A DNA stretch of 64,000 nt from TPA_inf: Saccharomyces (GCA_000146045.2 BK006935.2:128001-192000); one strand, 5' to 3'. Counted from the first letter of the stretch, positions 23,465-35,500 are shown. The notes: generated by a model not told the origin, from the letters alone. A program made the numbers and translations.

Positions 23465-23582
23465 GTCACATGACATAATAATAAATAATTTTAAAAATAT
23501 AAAATATTTTTAATAGTTTTTAAATATTTTACAGTTTATTTTTTAAATTTATTTATATGTTTTTGTTTTCCGAAGCAGTCAA
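23465..23582 (+). other. CEN1: Point centromere CEN1: CDEI GTCACATG (23465-23472), CDEII about 85 bp and over 90% A+T (23473-23557), CDEIII TGTTTTTGTTTTCCGAAGCAGTCAA (23558-23582)
   Basis: All three conserved centromere DNA elements present with canonical spacing and the invariant CCG of CDEIII. Confidence 0.9.
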
Positions 23583-24256
23583 AGTATTTTAATTTTCGGA
23601 GCTTTCATTTCAAGCGCCTTTTTTTTACACATAATACGATCAAGATAAATTATTATAGTGGTACAGAACTCTTAAGCACTAGGCGGTGGACCTTATTAGC
23701 TCAATCTTGAGTCAGTCCATGTATCGTTTTATAATACTTTTTTAAGCACTTTCTTTAATAAATATTCCATTGAAGTACTGTTACTGAAATGAGATGAACT
23801 GTTCAGAATGTAGAAATGGCGCCAGAAATCAATCATTGTTTAGCAAAAACACCTTTCGTCTGCTGCCTCGGGTGTTTTTTCAAATTATTTCAGCAGGTAA
23901 ATTAAGATAGTTATTCGAGTGATTGCCAAATATCATGTTCTACTTCGAAGACTTATAGCTAATTAATTTTTTCATAATGAAGGTGTCGTTAATTGTTCTG
24001 ATTAGTAACATGAAACTCAAAAATCATCAAAAAAAGAAAAGCTAAATGTATACTTTTTTGTCTACATTAGTTACCTTTTATTACATGAGAAAGTTATTTT
24101 TCTTCTTTTTTTTTTTTTTTTTTTGAAACTTTTTCCTCTCGGAAAATAAAAGATATATTTACAAGTGAAAGCTTATTGTAATGTGTACTTTTAAACATCA
24201 AATAACAGACCTTTACATCAAATAAGCACCGCAAGATATCCTAAAATCGACATCCA

Positions 24257-25876
24257 ATGCATCGTAAATCATTGAGGAGGGCTAGCGCTACTGTGCCTTC
24301 CGCTCCCTATCGAAAGCAGATTATTAGCAATGCACACAATAAACCAAGCCTTTTCTCTAAAATTAAAACTTTCTTTACCCAAAAAGATTCAGCCAGAGTG
24401 AGTCCAAGGAATAATGTTGCTAATAAACAACCACGCAATGAGTCTTTTAACAGAAGAATCTCAAGTATGCCTGGAGGTTATTTCCATTCTGAGATATCCC
24501 CAGATTCTACTGTAAACCGTTCCGTAGTTGTTTCTGCAGTGGGTGAAGCCAGAAACGACATTGAGAATAAAGAAGAGGAGTATGATGAAACACATGAAAC
24601 TAACATCTCCAATGCAAAGCTTGCAAACTTTTTTAGTAAAAAAGGTAATGAGCCTTTATCAGAAATTGAAATAGAGGGTGTGATGTCATTGTTACAAAAA
24701 TCAAGCAAATCCATGATAACTTCGGAAGGAGAACAAAAATCAGCCGAAGGTAATAATATCGACCAGTCGCTTATCTTGAAGGAGTCAGGAAGTACACCAA
24801 TCAGCATATCTAATGCGCCGACCTTCAACCCAAAATATGATACTTCAAATGCGTCAATGAATACGACTTTGGGAAGCATTGGTTCAAGAAAATACAGTTT
24901 CAATTATTCTAGCCTGCCCTCACCATACAAAACAACCGTTTATAGATATAGTGCAGCGAAAAAGATCCCCGATACATACACAGCCAACACATCTGCTCAA
25001 AGTATAGCATCTGCTAAATCGGTAAGAAGTGGTGTTTCAAAGTCAGCTCCTAGTAAGAAAATAAGTAATACAGCTGCGGCATTGGTCTCACTATTAGATG
25101 AAAATGACAGTAAGAAGAATAATGCAGCTTCAGAACTTGCTAATCCATACTCCTCATATGTAAGCCAAATACGCAAACATAAGAGAGTTTCTCCAAATGC
25201 TGCACCAAGGCAAGAGATCAGTGAAGAAGAAACTACTGTTAAGCCATTATTTCAAAACGTTCCTGAACAAGGCGAAGAACCAATGAAACAACTGAACGCC
25301 ACCAAAATTTCACCATCTGCGCCAAGCAAAGATTCTTTTACTAAATACAAACCTGCAAGGTCCTCATCCTTACGCTCAAATGTCGTCGTAGCTGAAACCT
25401 CACCTGAAAAGAAGGATGGTGGAGATAAACCTCCATCCTCTGCTTTTAACTTCTCGTTTAATACTTCAAGAAACGTTGAACCTACTGAGAATGCTTATAA
25501 GAGCGAGAACGCACCATCTGCATCATCAAAGGAATTCAATTTTACCAACCTACAGGCGAAGCCGTTAGTTGGAAAGCCAAAAACCGAACTTACAAAGGGC
25601 GATTCTACTCCCGTCCAACCAGATCTTTCGGTTACTCCTCAAAAAAGTTCATCGAAAGGCTTTGTTTTTAATAGTGTTCAAAAGAAATCACGGTCCAATC
25701 TTTCACAAGAAAACGATAATGAAGGTAAACATATCAGCGCCTCAATTGATAACGACTTTTCAGAGGAAAAGGCGGAAGAGTTTGATTTCAATGTTCCCGT
25801 GGTGTCTAAGCAGCTAGGAAATGGCTTGGTTGATGAAAATAAAGTTGAGGCTTTCAAGTCCCTATATACCTTTTGA
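24257..25876 (+). CDS. NUP60: Nuclear-basket FG nucleoporin, 539 aa, Ser/Asn-rich low complexity with FxF motifs
   Basis: ORF 24257..25876 (+) 539 aa; ATG at 24257. Confidence 0.9.
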   Translation: MHRKSLRRASATVPSAPYRKQIISNAHNKPSLFSKIKTFFTQKDSARVSPRNNVANKQPRNESFNRRISSMPGGYFHSEISPDSTVNRSVVVSAVGEARNDIENKEEEYDETHETNISNAKLANFFSKKGNEPLSEIEIEGVMSLLQKSSKSMITSEGEQKSAEGNNIDQSLILKESGSTPISISNAPTFNPKYDTSNASMNTTLGSIGSRKYSFNYSSLPSPYKTTVYRYSAAKKIPDTYTANTSAQSIASAKSVRSGVSKSAPSKKISNTAAALVSLLDENDSKKNNAASELANPYSSYVSQIRKHKRVSPNAAPRQEISEEETTVKPLFQNVPEQGEEPMKQLNATKISPSAPSKDSFTKYKPARSSSLRSNVVVAETSPEKKDGGDKPPSSAFNFSFNTSRNVEPTENAYKSENAPSASSKEFNFTNLQAKPLVGKPKTELTKGDSTPVQPDLSVTPQKSSSKGFVFNSVQKKSRSNLSQENDNEGKHISASIDNDFSEEKAEEFDFNVPVVSKQLGNGLVDENKVEAFKSLYTF

Positions 25877-26064
25877 TAATGAAAATTTTAGCCGTGACAT
25901 AATTACCGTATAGCCCAACTCAATACGTAAGTTTGTGTAAAATACCATTCCAAGATGATATTATTTAGTCATTTTTTTTCCACTTTCTCAAAAAGAAGGA
26001 ATACCTTTAGCGGCTCTTATAAACTATAAATTTCTAGAAGATACATAAAAGGTTTTTAGTCTGA

Positions 26065-26724
26065 TCATAAAATTTTTTGCTTAACAAAAAATTTGCCCAG
26101 GTGTTTCATTTGCCAGCCACAAGTAACAGCGAGAACAATTAATTGAATGACAATCCACCACATAGCACGAGAATTAACAGCTTCAGAGGCGTCTCTAAAG
26201 GTAGCTTCACGATCTCTCATCAATTTTTGCTCTCTTCTAATTTCGCCGATCTTGGAGTTTAGGACGTTAACCTTGGCATGTAGAATGTCAATAGTGGCTT
26301 TACCCTTAGAATCTAACTTTTCATCAGAGCCCACTTGGAATTCAACGTCAATCTTCGTTTTAGCCTTAATCAACCAGCCACCAGCTTCGGGCTGAATACA
26401 GATTTTATGTTCACCCGAATCAGACGCAAGGAAAGTTAAATCACCACTTGCTGAACCTTTCTGATGAACAACCAGGTGGTTATCATCAAAAGTTTCCTCA
26501 ATATCAATCAAGACACCAAAATCTTGCGCACCAGCGTCTCTGTAATTTTGTAATTGGTCATCGTAAATTTGTGCCTTGTAAGTTGCTTGGAACAAAGTAC
26601 CTTTAGACAATTCCTTGTGGAAGCACTTACGTTCAGCACCAGAAGTATAATAATAGAACGCAGTAACTTGAGCTGGTAAAACTAGACAGCAGGCAAAAAC
26701 CTGTAAAAGAGAGGTTAAAAGCAT
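26065..26724 (-). CDS. ERP1: p24-family cargo receptor, 219 aa
   Basis: ORF 26065..26724 (-) 219 aa; paralogous to ERP2 in this window (GOLD domain, C-terminal TM, FxxxKIL-like tail). Confidence 0.9.
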   Translation of the reverse strand: MLLTSLLQVFACCLVLPAQVTAFYYYTSGAERKCFHKELSKGTLFQATYKAQIYDDQLQNYRDAGAQDFGVLIDIEETFDDNHLVVHQKGSASGDLTFLASDSGEHKICIQPEAGGWLIKAKTKIDVEFQVGSDEKLDSKGKATIDILHAKVNVLNSKIGEIRREQKLMRDREATFRDASEAVNSRAMWWIVIQLIVLAVTCGWQMKHLGKFFVKQKIL

Positions 26725-27004
26725 GATTAGTAGAGAGATTGGTTACCTTTAAATACTTTTCCAAACTACAGAGGGAAGATAGAGTAAGTTTTGTATGTAC
26801 ACATTTCTGCTGATGTGTTTTTTTTTTTCAACTTATTACGCGATTCGTTTTTTTTTTACGGTAACAGAATACAGAATAAATTCACGTACAAAAATAGAGA
26901 ATATATAAAATAATAGGTTGACGATTATATTGGATCTTCCCCTGGGGTTCAAGAGTCGAGACCGAGTCCTTTTAGTTTGTGTATATCAGCTGGTTCTTTT
27001 CGTT

Positions 27005-28285
27005 ATGAACATCCTTTTACAGGATCCATTCGCTGTTCTTAAGGAACATCCTGAGAAGCTCACACATACGATTGAGAACCCTTTACGCACTGAATGTCTC
27101 CAGTTCAGTCCTTGCGGTGATTACCTGGCTCTTGGGTGTGCCAATGGAGCACTTGTTATTTACGATATGGATACGTTCAGGCCTATTTGTGTCCCAGGAA
27201 ATATGTTGGGAGCACATGTTCGACCCATTACATCTATCGCATGGTCTCCAGATGGTAGATTGTTGCTTACAAGCTCTAGAGACTGGTCAATAAAACTGTG
27301 GGATCTTTCAAAGCCAAGTAAGCCTTTGAAAGAAATACGATTCGATTCTCCAATTTGGGGTTGCCAATGGCTGGATGCTAAAAGGCGGCTTTGTGTAGCT
27401 ACGATATTTGAGGAAAGTGACGCATATGTTATTGACTTCAGCAATGATCCGGTCGCAAGCCTTCTCAGTAAATCAGACGAAAAACAATTGAGTTCGACAC
27501 CTGATCATGGATATGTTCTTGTTTGTACAGTACATACCAAACATCCAAATATTATTATTGTTGGAACTTCAAAAGGTTGGCTAGACTTCTATAAATTCCA
27601 TTCTCTATATCAAACAGAATGTATTCATTCCCTTAAAATCACGAGTTCTAATATCAAACATTTAATTGTCTCGCAAAATGGTGAAAGATTAGCTATTAAC
27701 TGCTCCGATAGAACAATAAGACAATACGAAATAAGTATTGATGATGAAAACTCTGCGGTTGAGTTGACCTTAGAGCATAAGTACCAGGATGTGATTAATA
27801 AATTACAGTGGAACTGTATCCTCTTTAGTAATAATACTGCCGAATACTTAGTCGCTTCTACACATGGTTCTTCTGCACATGAACTATACATCTGGGAAAC
27901 GACTAGTGGAACGTTGGTGAGAGTCCTGGAAGGGGCTGAAGAGGAGTTGATAGATATAAATTGGGACTTCTATAGTATGAGTATAGTGAGTAATGGTTTT
28001 GAATCTGGGAACGTGTATGTGTGGTCTGTTGTTATTCCGCCAAAGTGGAGTGCTTTGGCGCCAGATTTTGAAGAAGTAGAAGAGAATGTCGACTATTTGG
28101 AGAAGGAAGATGAATTTGATGAGGTCGATGAGGCAGAACAGCAGCAAGGACTAGAACAAGAGGAAGAAATAGCTATCGATCTTCGGACGAGAGAGCAATA
28201 TGATGTTAGAGGTAATAACTTGCTTGTAGAACGGTTCACAATCCCTACAGATTATACGAGGATAATTAAGATGCAGTCATCATAG
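27005..28285 (+). CDS. SWD1: COMPASS (Set1 complex) WD40 subunit, 426 aa
   Basis: ORF 26918..28285; recognised start MNILLQDPFAVLKEHPEK at ATG 27005; acidic C-terminus. Confidence 0.9.
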   Translation: MNILLQDPFAVLKEHPEKLTHTIENPLRTECLQFSPCGDYLALGCANGALVIYDMDTFRPICVPGNMLGAHVRPITSIAWSPDGRLLLTSSRDWSIKLWDLSKPSKPLKEIRFDSPIWGCQWLDAKRRLCVATIFEESDAYVIDFSNDPVASLLSKSDEKQLSSTPDHGYVLVCTVHTKHPNIIIVGTSKGWLDFYKFHSLYQTECIHSLKITSSNIKHLIVSQNGERLAINCSDRTIRQYEISIDDENSAVELTLEHKYQDVINKLQWNCILFSNNTAEYLVASTHGSSAHELYIWETTSGTLVRVLEGAEEELIDINWDFYSMSIVSNGFESGNVYVWSVVIPPKWSALAPDFEEVEENVDYLEKEDEFDEVDEAEQQQGLEQEEEIAIDLRTREQYDVRGNNLLVERFTIPTDYTRIIKMQSS

Positions 28286-28753
28286 GTTTCTCTTCAAAAG
28301 GAGAAAGTTTAAATAGGCAACTGACACTGAAGAGGTATAGTCATGCCTACCGCGATTTCTTTGACACAGAATTGAAAAATTTTGCATTTTTTGGTAATTT
28401 CCTAATAATACGAAGTGCAATAATCTCACTTTGATAGGAGCACGTCATGATGGTAATTTCATACTACTGAACGTAAATGTTGAAGGTGAATTTGTAAAGC
28501 TTTGTTATTTGAAGCTGTACACCTAAAGGGCGGTAAATTGTTGGGTGTTAGTACCATGCCATTAATTAGAATTTGTTAGCATTTTTATTCATTTGTGCAT
28601 TATGGGTTCAAATTCATATGACTGAACGTGTAGTTTCATATCCAGTCATCAAGAGATGCTGAACCGCCCTTCAAAAACTTGACGAAATAGAAGTTTTTTT
28701 TTTACATTTCTCATATGTTACATAGATTAAATAGTACTTGATTATTTGATACA

Positions 28754-30619
28754 TTAAGCTAACAAAGCCTTGGATAACTCATCGGCAAGATAGTCGGCTT
28801 CAGCCCTGTAATTCAAGCTGTGTAGGTTAGCAACGGTATATCTAATTCTGCTTTGATCATTGTATGTATCCTCACGCGCTCTAATCCTAAAGTCATATTC
28901 GTTCATTTGGATACTTTGAGTAATTTTTGTGAATTCGTTGGGGTCTTCTTCCTTCAAAGACATTAATGTATTAGCATCAACACCCAATAATTGTTTAGCT
29001 TGGTCGTCAAATAAAGTGAGCCATAGTTGATTGGTTTCGTCAATAATTGATATTGTCAAGATGTATCTCCAATTTGGCCTTGCATTATTGGTGTCGCACT
29101 TCTCACATCTCCAAGTACCATCAGGCTGTTCCAGAACTTTCTTATTACAATTCTCATTAGAACAGGCAGGATATGCAAAATTATCAACTTTTAAGAAACT
29201 TATAGCAGCTTTAACACTAAAAAAGTCACCTTTCTCGCTTCTTCCTAGATTTTCAGCTTGAGCTCTAGCAATAGTAATACGCTGAGCAATGAATTTTGTT
29301 AAGCTAGCAGCCGATTGACCACCCATACCGGGTTCTTGCTTTAAAGTGATGAAGTTTGCGTTGCGGCCCTTGGAATCATACCAACCCTTTAAGGCATATG
29401 CCTCAGGAATTTCTGGATTCGGAATCAGGGTACTAGAAAATCCCATAGACAAAGATTTGCCACCAAAATCCGTCACACGAACACCTTTAATGGCAGCAAC
29501 AGAACCTTCAGGAAGGTTGAAATCAAGGGCTTGCTGATTCCATAGGCCAACAGAGATAGAAAACCCAGAGTCGTCAACAATTGTGATGTCACGACGATCG
29601 AATTTCTTCCCAGCCCTTGAAGTTAGCTCAAAATGTGGGTTTATAGTTTGGATAATACCGAGGACGTCTACGTTGGAATTTACTTCCTGGTTCTGAATAG
29701 CATCTAGTTTGATGAAATTGAAATGGGTTTTCGGAACATTACTTTCATCGAAACATTCTTCTATAACAGTGTCTCTATCCAAATTCAGTTCATAAGGGTG
29801 TGTTAGATTAGTAAATTGGGGCTTAGCTGGTTGGAGTTTTGCCTTTGATACATAGTATACTTTGCCTTCTTGTAAAATTTCGTTAAATTTTGTAGCAAAA
29901 TCATTAAACGCCGTGGCTCGGATTTCTCCAGAGGTATCCAAGAAGTTGACATTGAATAGTTTACCATCACCTCTTTGATTGTGCCACGTTTTAATTTCTC
30001 CCTTGTAGGAAACTCTTGCTTTGATAGTCCAAACGTTTTGGTATGGAGACAGTTGTTCGATGGCAAAAATTGGTCTGGTTTTTTGCGAATTAGGGTTTTC
30101 ATTGGCGAATTTTCTCTCATTTGCATTCAAGTTTGAGTTTGAATGCAGCATATCAGGGACACCAGCATTGCTGGCGTTTGTTTGATTGGCAACATTACCA
30201 CTGTCAGTTATATCTTCGTCTTTTAAGGTTTCATTTGGATGCTCTGAGAAATAGTTATCCAAAAAAGTACTAGTTTGGTTGACCATATCAGCACGCGACT
30301 GGACCAACTCAAAGTCATCTACTAAAAGAACGTATTTCTTTCTTTCCCTGACAATAGCAGGTTCTGCAATTATCACGCGAATGATATCACCCCTTTGTAG
30401 TTCCATTGACTGGAACTTGGATGCAGCTTGGTTTCTCAACAGAGCCTTCATATGGTAAATACCATCGGAAATCATGATCAAATTCTTTCTGTTGCTGTTA
30501 GCCCCATCAGATTTCCTGGTGTTATAAACTTGATAAACGCCACCGGTGGGATTATCGTACCTTTGCTTATTGGTGAAGATGCTATGAAAATCGCCCCTCG
30601 AAAGTTGAACACTGCTCAT
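28754..30619 (-). CDS. RFA1: Replication protein A large subunit (RPA70), 621 aa, zinc ribbon CX2C...CX2C
   Basis: ORF 28754..30619 (-) 621 aa MSSVQLSRGDFHSIFTNKQRYDNPTGGVYQVYNTRK... Confidence 0.95.
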   Translation of the reverse strand: MSSVQLSRGDFHSIFTNKQRYDNPTGGVYQVYNTRKSDGANSNRKNLIMISDGIYHMKALLRNQAASKFQSMELQRGDIIRVIIAEPAIVRERKKYVLLVDDFELVQSRADMVNQTSTFLDNYFSEHPNETLKDEDITDSGNVANQTNASNAGVPDMLHSNSNLNANERKFANENPNSQKTRPIFAIEQLSPYQNVWTIKARVSYKGEIKTWHNQRGDGKLFNVNFLDTSGEIRATAFNDFATKFNEILQEGKVYYVSKAKLQPAKPQFTNLTHPYELNLDRDTVIEECFDESNVPKTHFNFIKLDAIQNQEVNSNVDVLGIIQTINPHFELTSRAGKKFDRRDITIVDDSGFSISVGLWNQQALDFNLPEGSVAAIKGVRVTDFGGKSLSMGFSSTLIPNPEIPEAYALKGWYDSKGRNANFITLKQEPGMGGQSAASLTKFIAQRITIARAQAENLGRSEKGDFFSVKAAISFLKVDNFAYPACSNENCNKKVLEQPDGTWRCEKCDTNNARPNWRYILTISIIDETNQLWLTLFDDQAKQLLGVDANTLMSLKEEDPNEFTKITQSIQMNEYDFRIRAREDTYNDQSRIRYTVANLHSLNYRAEADYLADELSKALLA

Positions 30620-30748
30620 CTCTTGTAAGTATAATCTGGTCTTCTTGCTGGTTTCGCCTTTACCGTAATAAGAAGAGTGAATAGTTTTTGTTTTACGTGT
30701 AGAACTTAAAGTGATAACATTTGTTCAAGTAAACCTTTATGTTAGTTC

Positions 30749-30784
30749 ACGCGTCTTTTGTCGCCTCGTCTAATTTTTACGCGT
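30749..30784 (+). promoter_or_regulatory. Two MCB (MluI cell-cycle box, ACGCGT) elements in the RFA1 promoter
   Basis: acgcgt at 30749-30754 and 30779-30784, 130-165 bp upstream of the RFA1 ATG; MBF-type G1/S control is expected for RPA genes. Confidence 0.6.
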
Positions 30785-30965
30785 GACATTTTTCCAAGCA
30801 GAGATATTTTATTGAGCAGCGAAGAAGAGTTAGAGAATAAGAAAGTGATGCGATAAGAAATCCACCCAATTAGCATAGATCCTTTCGTATATGGCTGAAG
30901 AAGGTGGTACGCGCATAGCTATTAACATATATGCAAAAAGAACGGCAAAAGGCGAGGAGGTTTTT

Positions 30966-31793
30966 ATGCCACCGCTAGTATTTGACATAGATCACATCAA
31001 ACTTCTAAGGAAATGGGGTATTTGTGGTGTGTTATCTGGAACTTTGCCTACTGCAGCACAGCAAAATGTATTTTTGTCGGTACCTTTGAGGCTTATGTTA
31101 GAAGATGTGCTGTGGCTGCATTTGAACAATCTTGCCGATGTGAAATTAATAAGACAAGAGGGAGATGAGATTATGGAGGGAATAACATTAGAGCGGGGCG
31201 CCAAACTATCTAAAATTGTCAACGATCGTTTGAACAAGTCATTTGAATATCAGAGAAAGTTCAAAAAGGATGAACACATTGCAAAATTAAAGAAAATCGG
31301 TAGAATCAATGATAAAACCACAGCTGAAGAATTGCAACGGCTTGATAAATCTAGCAATAATGACCAGCTAATTGAATCTTCTTTGTTCATTGACATTGCT
31401 AATACCTCTATGATTTTAAGAGACATACGGAGTGATTCAGACAGCTTATCCCGCGATGATATCAGTGATTTGTTATTTAAGCAGTACAGACAGGCAGGAA
31501 AAATGCAGACCTATTTCTTATACAAGGCATTGAGAGATCAAGGGTACGTTTTGTCCCCAGGTGGACGTTTTGGTGGGAAGTTTATAGCATACCCTGGTGA
31601 TCCTCTTCGTTTCCATTCACATCTGACGATACAAGATGCGATTGATTATCATAATGAGCCGATTGACCTAATATCCATGATAAGTGGTGCAAGACTAGGA
31701 ACGACTGTGAAAAAACTTTGGGTCATAGGCGGTGTTGCGGAAGAGACAAAGGAAACTCATTTCTTCTCAATAGAATGGGCTGGATTTGGTTAA
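30966..31793 (+). CDS. SEN34: tRNA-splicing endonuclease catalytic subunit, 275 aa
   Basis: ORF 30891..31793; recognised start MPPLVFDIDHIKLLRK at ATG 30966. Confidence 0.9.
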   Translation: MPPLVFDIDHIKLLRKWGICGVLSGTLPTAAQQNVFLSVPLRLMLEDVLWLHLNNLADVKLIRQEGDEIMEGITLERGAKLSKIVNDRLNKSFEYQRKFKKDEHIAKLKKIGRINDKTTAEELQRLDKSSNNDQLIESSLFIDIANTSMILRDIRSDSDSLSRDDISDLLFKQYRQAGKMQTYFLYKALRDQGYVLSPGGRFGGKFIAYPGDPLRFHSHLTIQDAIDYHNEPIDLISMISGARLGTTVKKLWVIGGVAEETKETHFFSIEWAGFG

Positions 31794-31953
31794 GCTGGGA
31801 ATCAGTCATGTATAATTATTTTCTCAGAATTTATGTATTTATAAGGTTTTTCAGAAGCATACATATGTGTAATACAATTTTTAAATTTGCATTGATATTT
31901 TGATGCATTCAGCGGGAAAGTAGTTGTTTATCACTAGACATATAATTATGTTT

Positions 31954-31964
31954 ATTTATATTTA
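31954..31964 (+). other. Exact ARS consensus sequence (ATTTATATTTA), probable core of ARS109
   Basis: 11/11 match to WTTTAYRTTTW in the AT-rich SEN34-Ty1 intergenic region. Confidence 0.4.
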
Positions 31965-32089
31965 GTGGGAGCAAAACAGTTTATTGAATGTTTACCAGAA
32001 CCGAAAAAAAAGCTCTTCTAAACTGTTGACATCCAGTTCATTTACTTCCACGTGTAGATGTGAAGGAACAAATATTTTAGCATCGTTCA

Positions 32090-32227
32090 TACAAGTAATT
32101 ATGCTATATTATCGATCCTCGGATTTCAGCTTCCGTTATATCGGATGATTGTTACTCGACCTTTATGTCGTCTTTTTACATCATATATGATAATATGCTA
32201 GCAGTTTTAATACAAATTGATCGAAGA
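32090..32227 (-). repeat. Older diverged solo delta, split by the Ty1 insertion; its last 17 bp resume at 38163-38179
   Basis: cggatttcagcttcc...catatatgataatatgctag...gatagttgg aligns to the delta 5' region (minus sense); continuation ggttcttattttcaaca follows the Ty1. Confidence 0.55.
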
Positions 32228-32574
32228 TAGTTGGTTCTGAGAAATGGGTGAATGTTGAGATAATTGTTGGGATTCCATTGTTGATAAAGGCTATAATATT
32301 AGGTATACAGAATATACTAGAAGTTCTCCTCGAGGATATAGGAATCCTCAAAATGGAATCTATATTTCTACATACTAATATTACGATTATTCCTCATTCC
32401 GTTTTATATGTTTATATTCATTGATCCTATTACATTATCAATCCTTGCGTTTCAGCTTCCACTAATTTAGATGACTATTTCTCATCATTTGCGTCATCTT
32501 CTAACACCGTATATGATAATATACTAGTAATGTAAATACTAGTTAGTAGATGATAGTTGATTTCTATTCCAACA
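32228..32574 (-). repeat. Ty1 3' LTR (delta)
   Basis: Near-identical copy of the 37836..38162 sequence; TG...CA termini. Confidence 0.9.
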
Positions 32575-32596
32575 TACCACCCATAATGTAATAGAT

Positions 32597-35500
32597 CTAA
32601 TGAATCCATTTGTTAGTTAATAGTTTAAATGTTTTTATCGGAAGAGGTTTTGTCATCACATCAGCAATGTTCTTCTTGGTCTCGATGTAGTATACGTATA
32701 AATTATTACCTGATACTTCATCTCTAAGTCTCATTGCCTTTGTGCCAAAAAATCTGTTTCTAAATTTCTCTTCATTTGTAGACTTAATTATACTGATCGT
32801 TGATCTACTATCAGTAAGTAAGCCTTTAATAATTGGTTTCTTGTTAAGTTCTTGTATCAGGTAACTTAGATTATTTAATAATGGGACAGATTCACTTATC
32901 GCGTGTATTTCTGCTTCCGTAGTTGAAGTACATGTTAATGAAGCCTTGGTGGACTTTCCTCCAATTACCTTTCCATTAAGTAAATATATGTTGCCAATTT
33001 GTGATTTATAATACGGTTGGTTGCCATACGAAGCATCACTTATTGCGACTAGTTTATTATCTGGCTCGGTAGGTTTGTTTTTGTGCCATATCAGTTGTTT
33101 ATCTCTAGTGTCCCACATGAATTGTATCAACTCATATGTCATGTCTAAAACTTGCCTAGAGGGGAATAGTATATGTTGAGCAAGTGTGTTGATGTAGTAT
33201 AGTAAGTCAAATCTAAATTTATATCCAACATATGAAGCTAGACCAATCAACTTTTGCATTTCATGTACCTTCTCTTTGTATTCATCTTCATCTATTTCTA
33301 GTTCATCCTGGTCTATATAAAGACCTGGTTGACCTGGAGCTCTAAGTTTCTTTCCTTTTGGGTTCAAAGGTACGTTTAGTTTGGGTAATTTTTCTGTCAA
33401 GGATTTTTCCATACCTAATTTCATGTATTTACCTCTTTGATATTTGATTTCTAAGCCAAGTATGTCGTACTGAATTTCGTTATCACTTTCACCCAGATTT
33501 ATTATCTTTGTATCGTATTGTTTCTTGAGTGTTGTTATGATTTTCTTATTTGCATTTAAGTCTTTGCTGAACAATATCATATCATCAACGAATAAGCAAA
33601 TTGTTACTTGACTATTCTTAAATACGCATGACCATCCACGAACTTCTTCCATACCACACTGTTTTATCAGGTATGATTTGATAGTTTCGTACCAGTTCGC
33701 TCCACTTTGTTTCAATCCATAAAGTGATTTCTTCAAACGTATCAACTTATCATTCATTCCTAAATGTGGTGGAGGTCTTATGTATAATTCTTCTTTGATG
33801 TCTGCATACAAATATGCCGAAGATATGTCTAATTGTGTAATATAGTAGTTATTGTCTAATGCAAGTGACAGGGATGTCATCAACGCATAATGATGTACAG
33901 TGTTGGATTGCATACCTGTATCGTACGTATCAGGATGCTGAATGTCACCTCTTGCAACAAATCTAGCTTTATGAGTTCCGTCACGTTTCTTGTTGAAGAT
34001 AAACATTGAGTTTATTACTCTTTTAGGGTCTATTTCTTTTCTGTCATAATATTTGTCAGTGTCCCAAGTATTCATTTTCAATAGTTGGTTGACTTCTTTG
34101 TGGTATGCCTCGATATATTTTTCTTTTTCTTTAATATCTTTATTATAGGTGATTGCCTCATCGTATCGTAAGGTTGTCCGTATTGGTTTGATTGATTTTA
34201 CTGCTTTTACAGCTGCAATCAGGTGAATTCGTTTCTTCGATCTCGGAGGTTCTAAACTACGCATATTCTTAGTATTCCATGTGTCTCGTGATACCTTAAT
34301 TTCAGTTTCATTATCTTCTAATGATCTTTTCTTACTGTTGATAGTAGTATAGGCATTAGAGTCACCAATACCACCCAAACTGGAATTAGTTTGATGAGAA
34401 TTTATCGGTGGGAGTTCTTTAAATGGGTCAGGGAATTCGGTAGGAGATTCTGGAGGTAGATCAGGGAGTGGGAGATCAGCGATGATAGATTCCTCGGTAT
34501 TCTGTTCAGAAACAGTAGTTGGCGTTTTGATAGGAACAATATTGTGCGATGAATTATTTTCCGGTGGAGAAGCATCGATTGAAGGTGAACGGTGTATAAT
34601 CCTTTTCTCAGTCTCTTGGTCACTTATCTGCGGAACAGTTTTGTTGTTGGTACCACCCGTACTGGATATTGGTACGTTTGTATGATTAGTCTCATTTTCA
34701 CTGTACGAGTCTGAGTGTCTGAAATCTTTAGATTTACTGGCGTGCGACGACTCATGTGTGTTAGATTGGGACATGGGAGCAAGTAAAGGAACATTTAATT
34801 TATGCATACCACCCGAACCGGTACTCTCGATATTGGAAATTTGGGGGGTGCTAGATCTCTTCTTTGATGGAAGAATATTAGATTCAGATATGTTGGGGTC
34901 AACTTCTCTGGGTGCGCGAATATTGGTTTTAGAAACACGTTTCGAATCTTCAGTATGAGTTGACGGAGGTGTGGAATCGGTTGGACTCACAGCTTTTGAA
35001 AGGACATTTCTCGGTTGCTCAGGATGTAGTTCAATGTCGGATTGGAAGTCATGGTCAGATTCTATGTTAAGATCATTGGATTCTTGGATCTCATTTGACG
35101 CAATGAACGAATGATATGAAGCAGTTAAACGGTTTAAGTCTTCATCGAAAGTGAGTGCGTCGTAATTGAATTGATCTAATCTGGATTCCTTGCCCTGAAG
35201 AATAACATAGTTAGTTGTATCTACTGTCTTCTTTAAGGATGGAAGATAGATGATATATCCATAAGAGTTTCGAGACGGATGTAGAGCGTAGCCTGGGATG
35301 CCACGAGGATGTATTTTGGAGTTAGGGTTGTGATCATTGACGATAACAGGTTGACCGAAAGGTAACAAAGTACTGATATCAAGTCCTGCCAAGCCAGCAT
35401 GTTGTCTTGCAGATTTTTTGCTTTTAGGTGAAGCTAGTGAATTTCTCACAATAGTAGAAAATTCGATTGCAGAGAACCATAAATGGTTCGGTAAACCACT

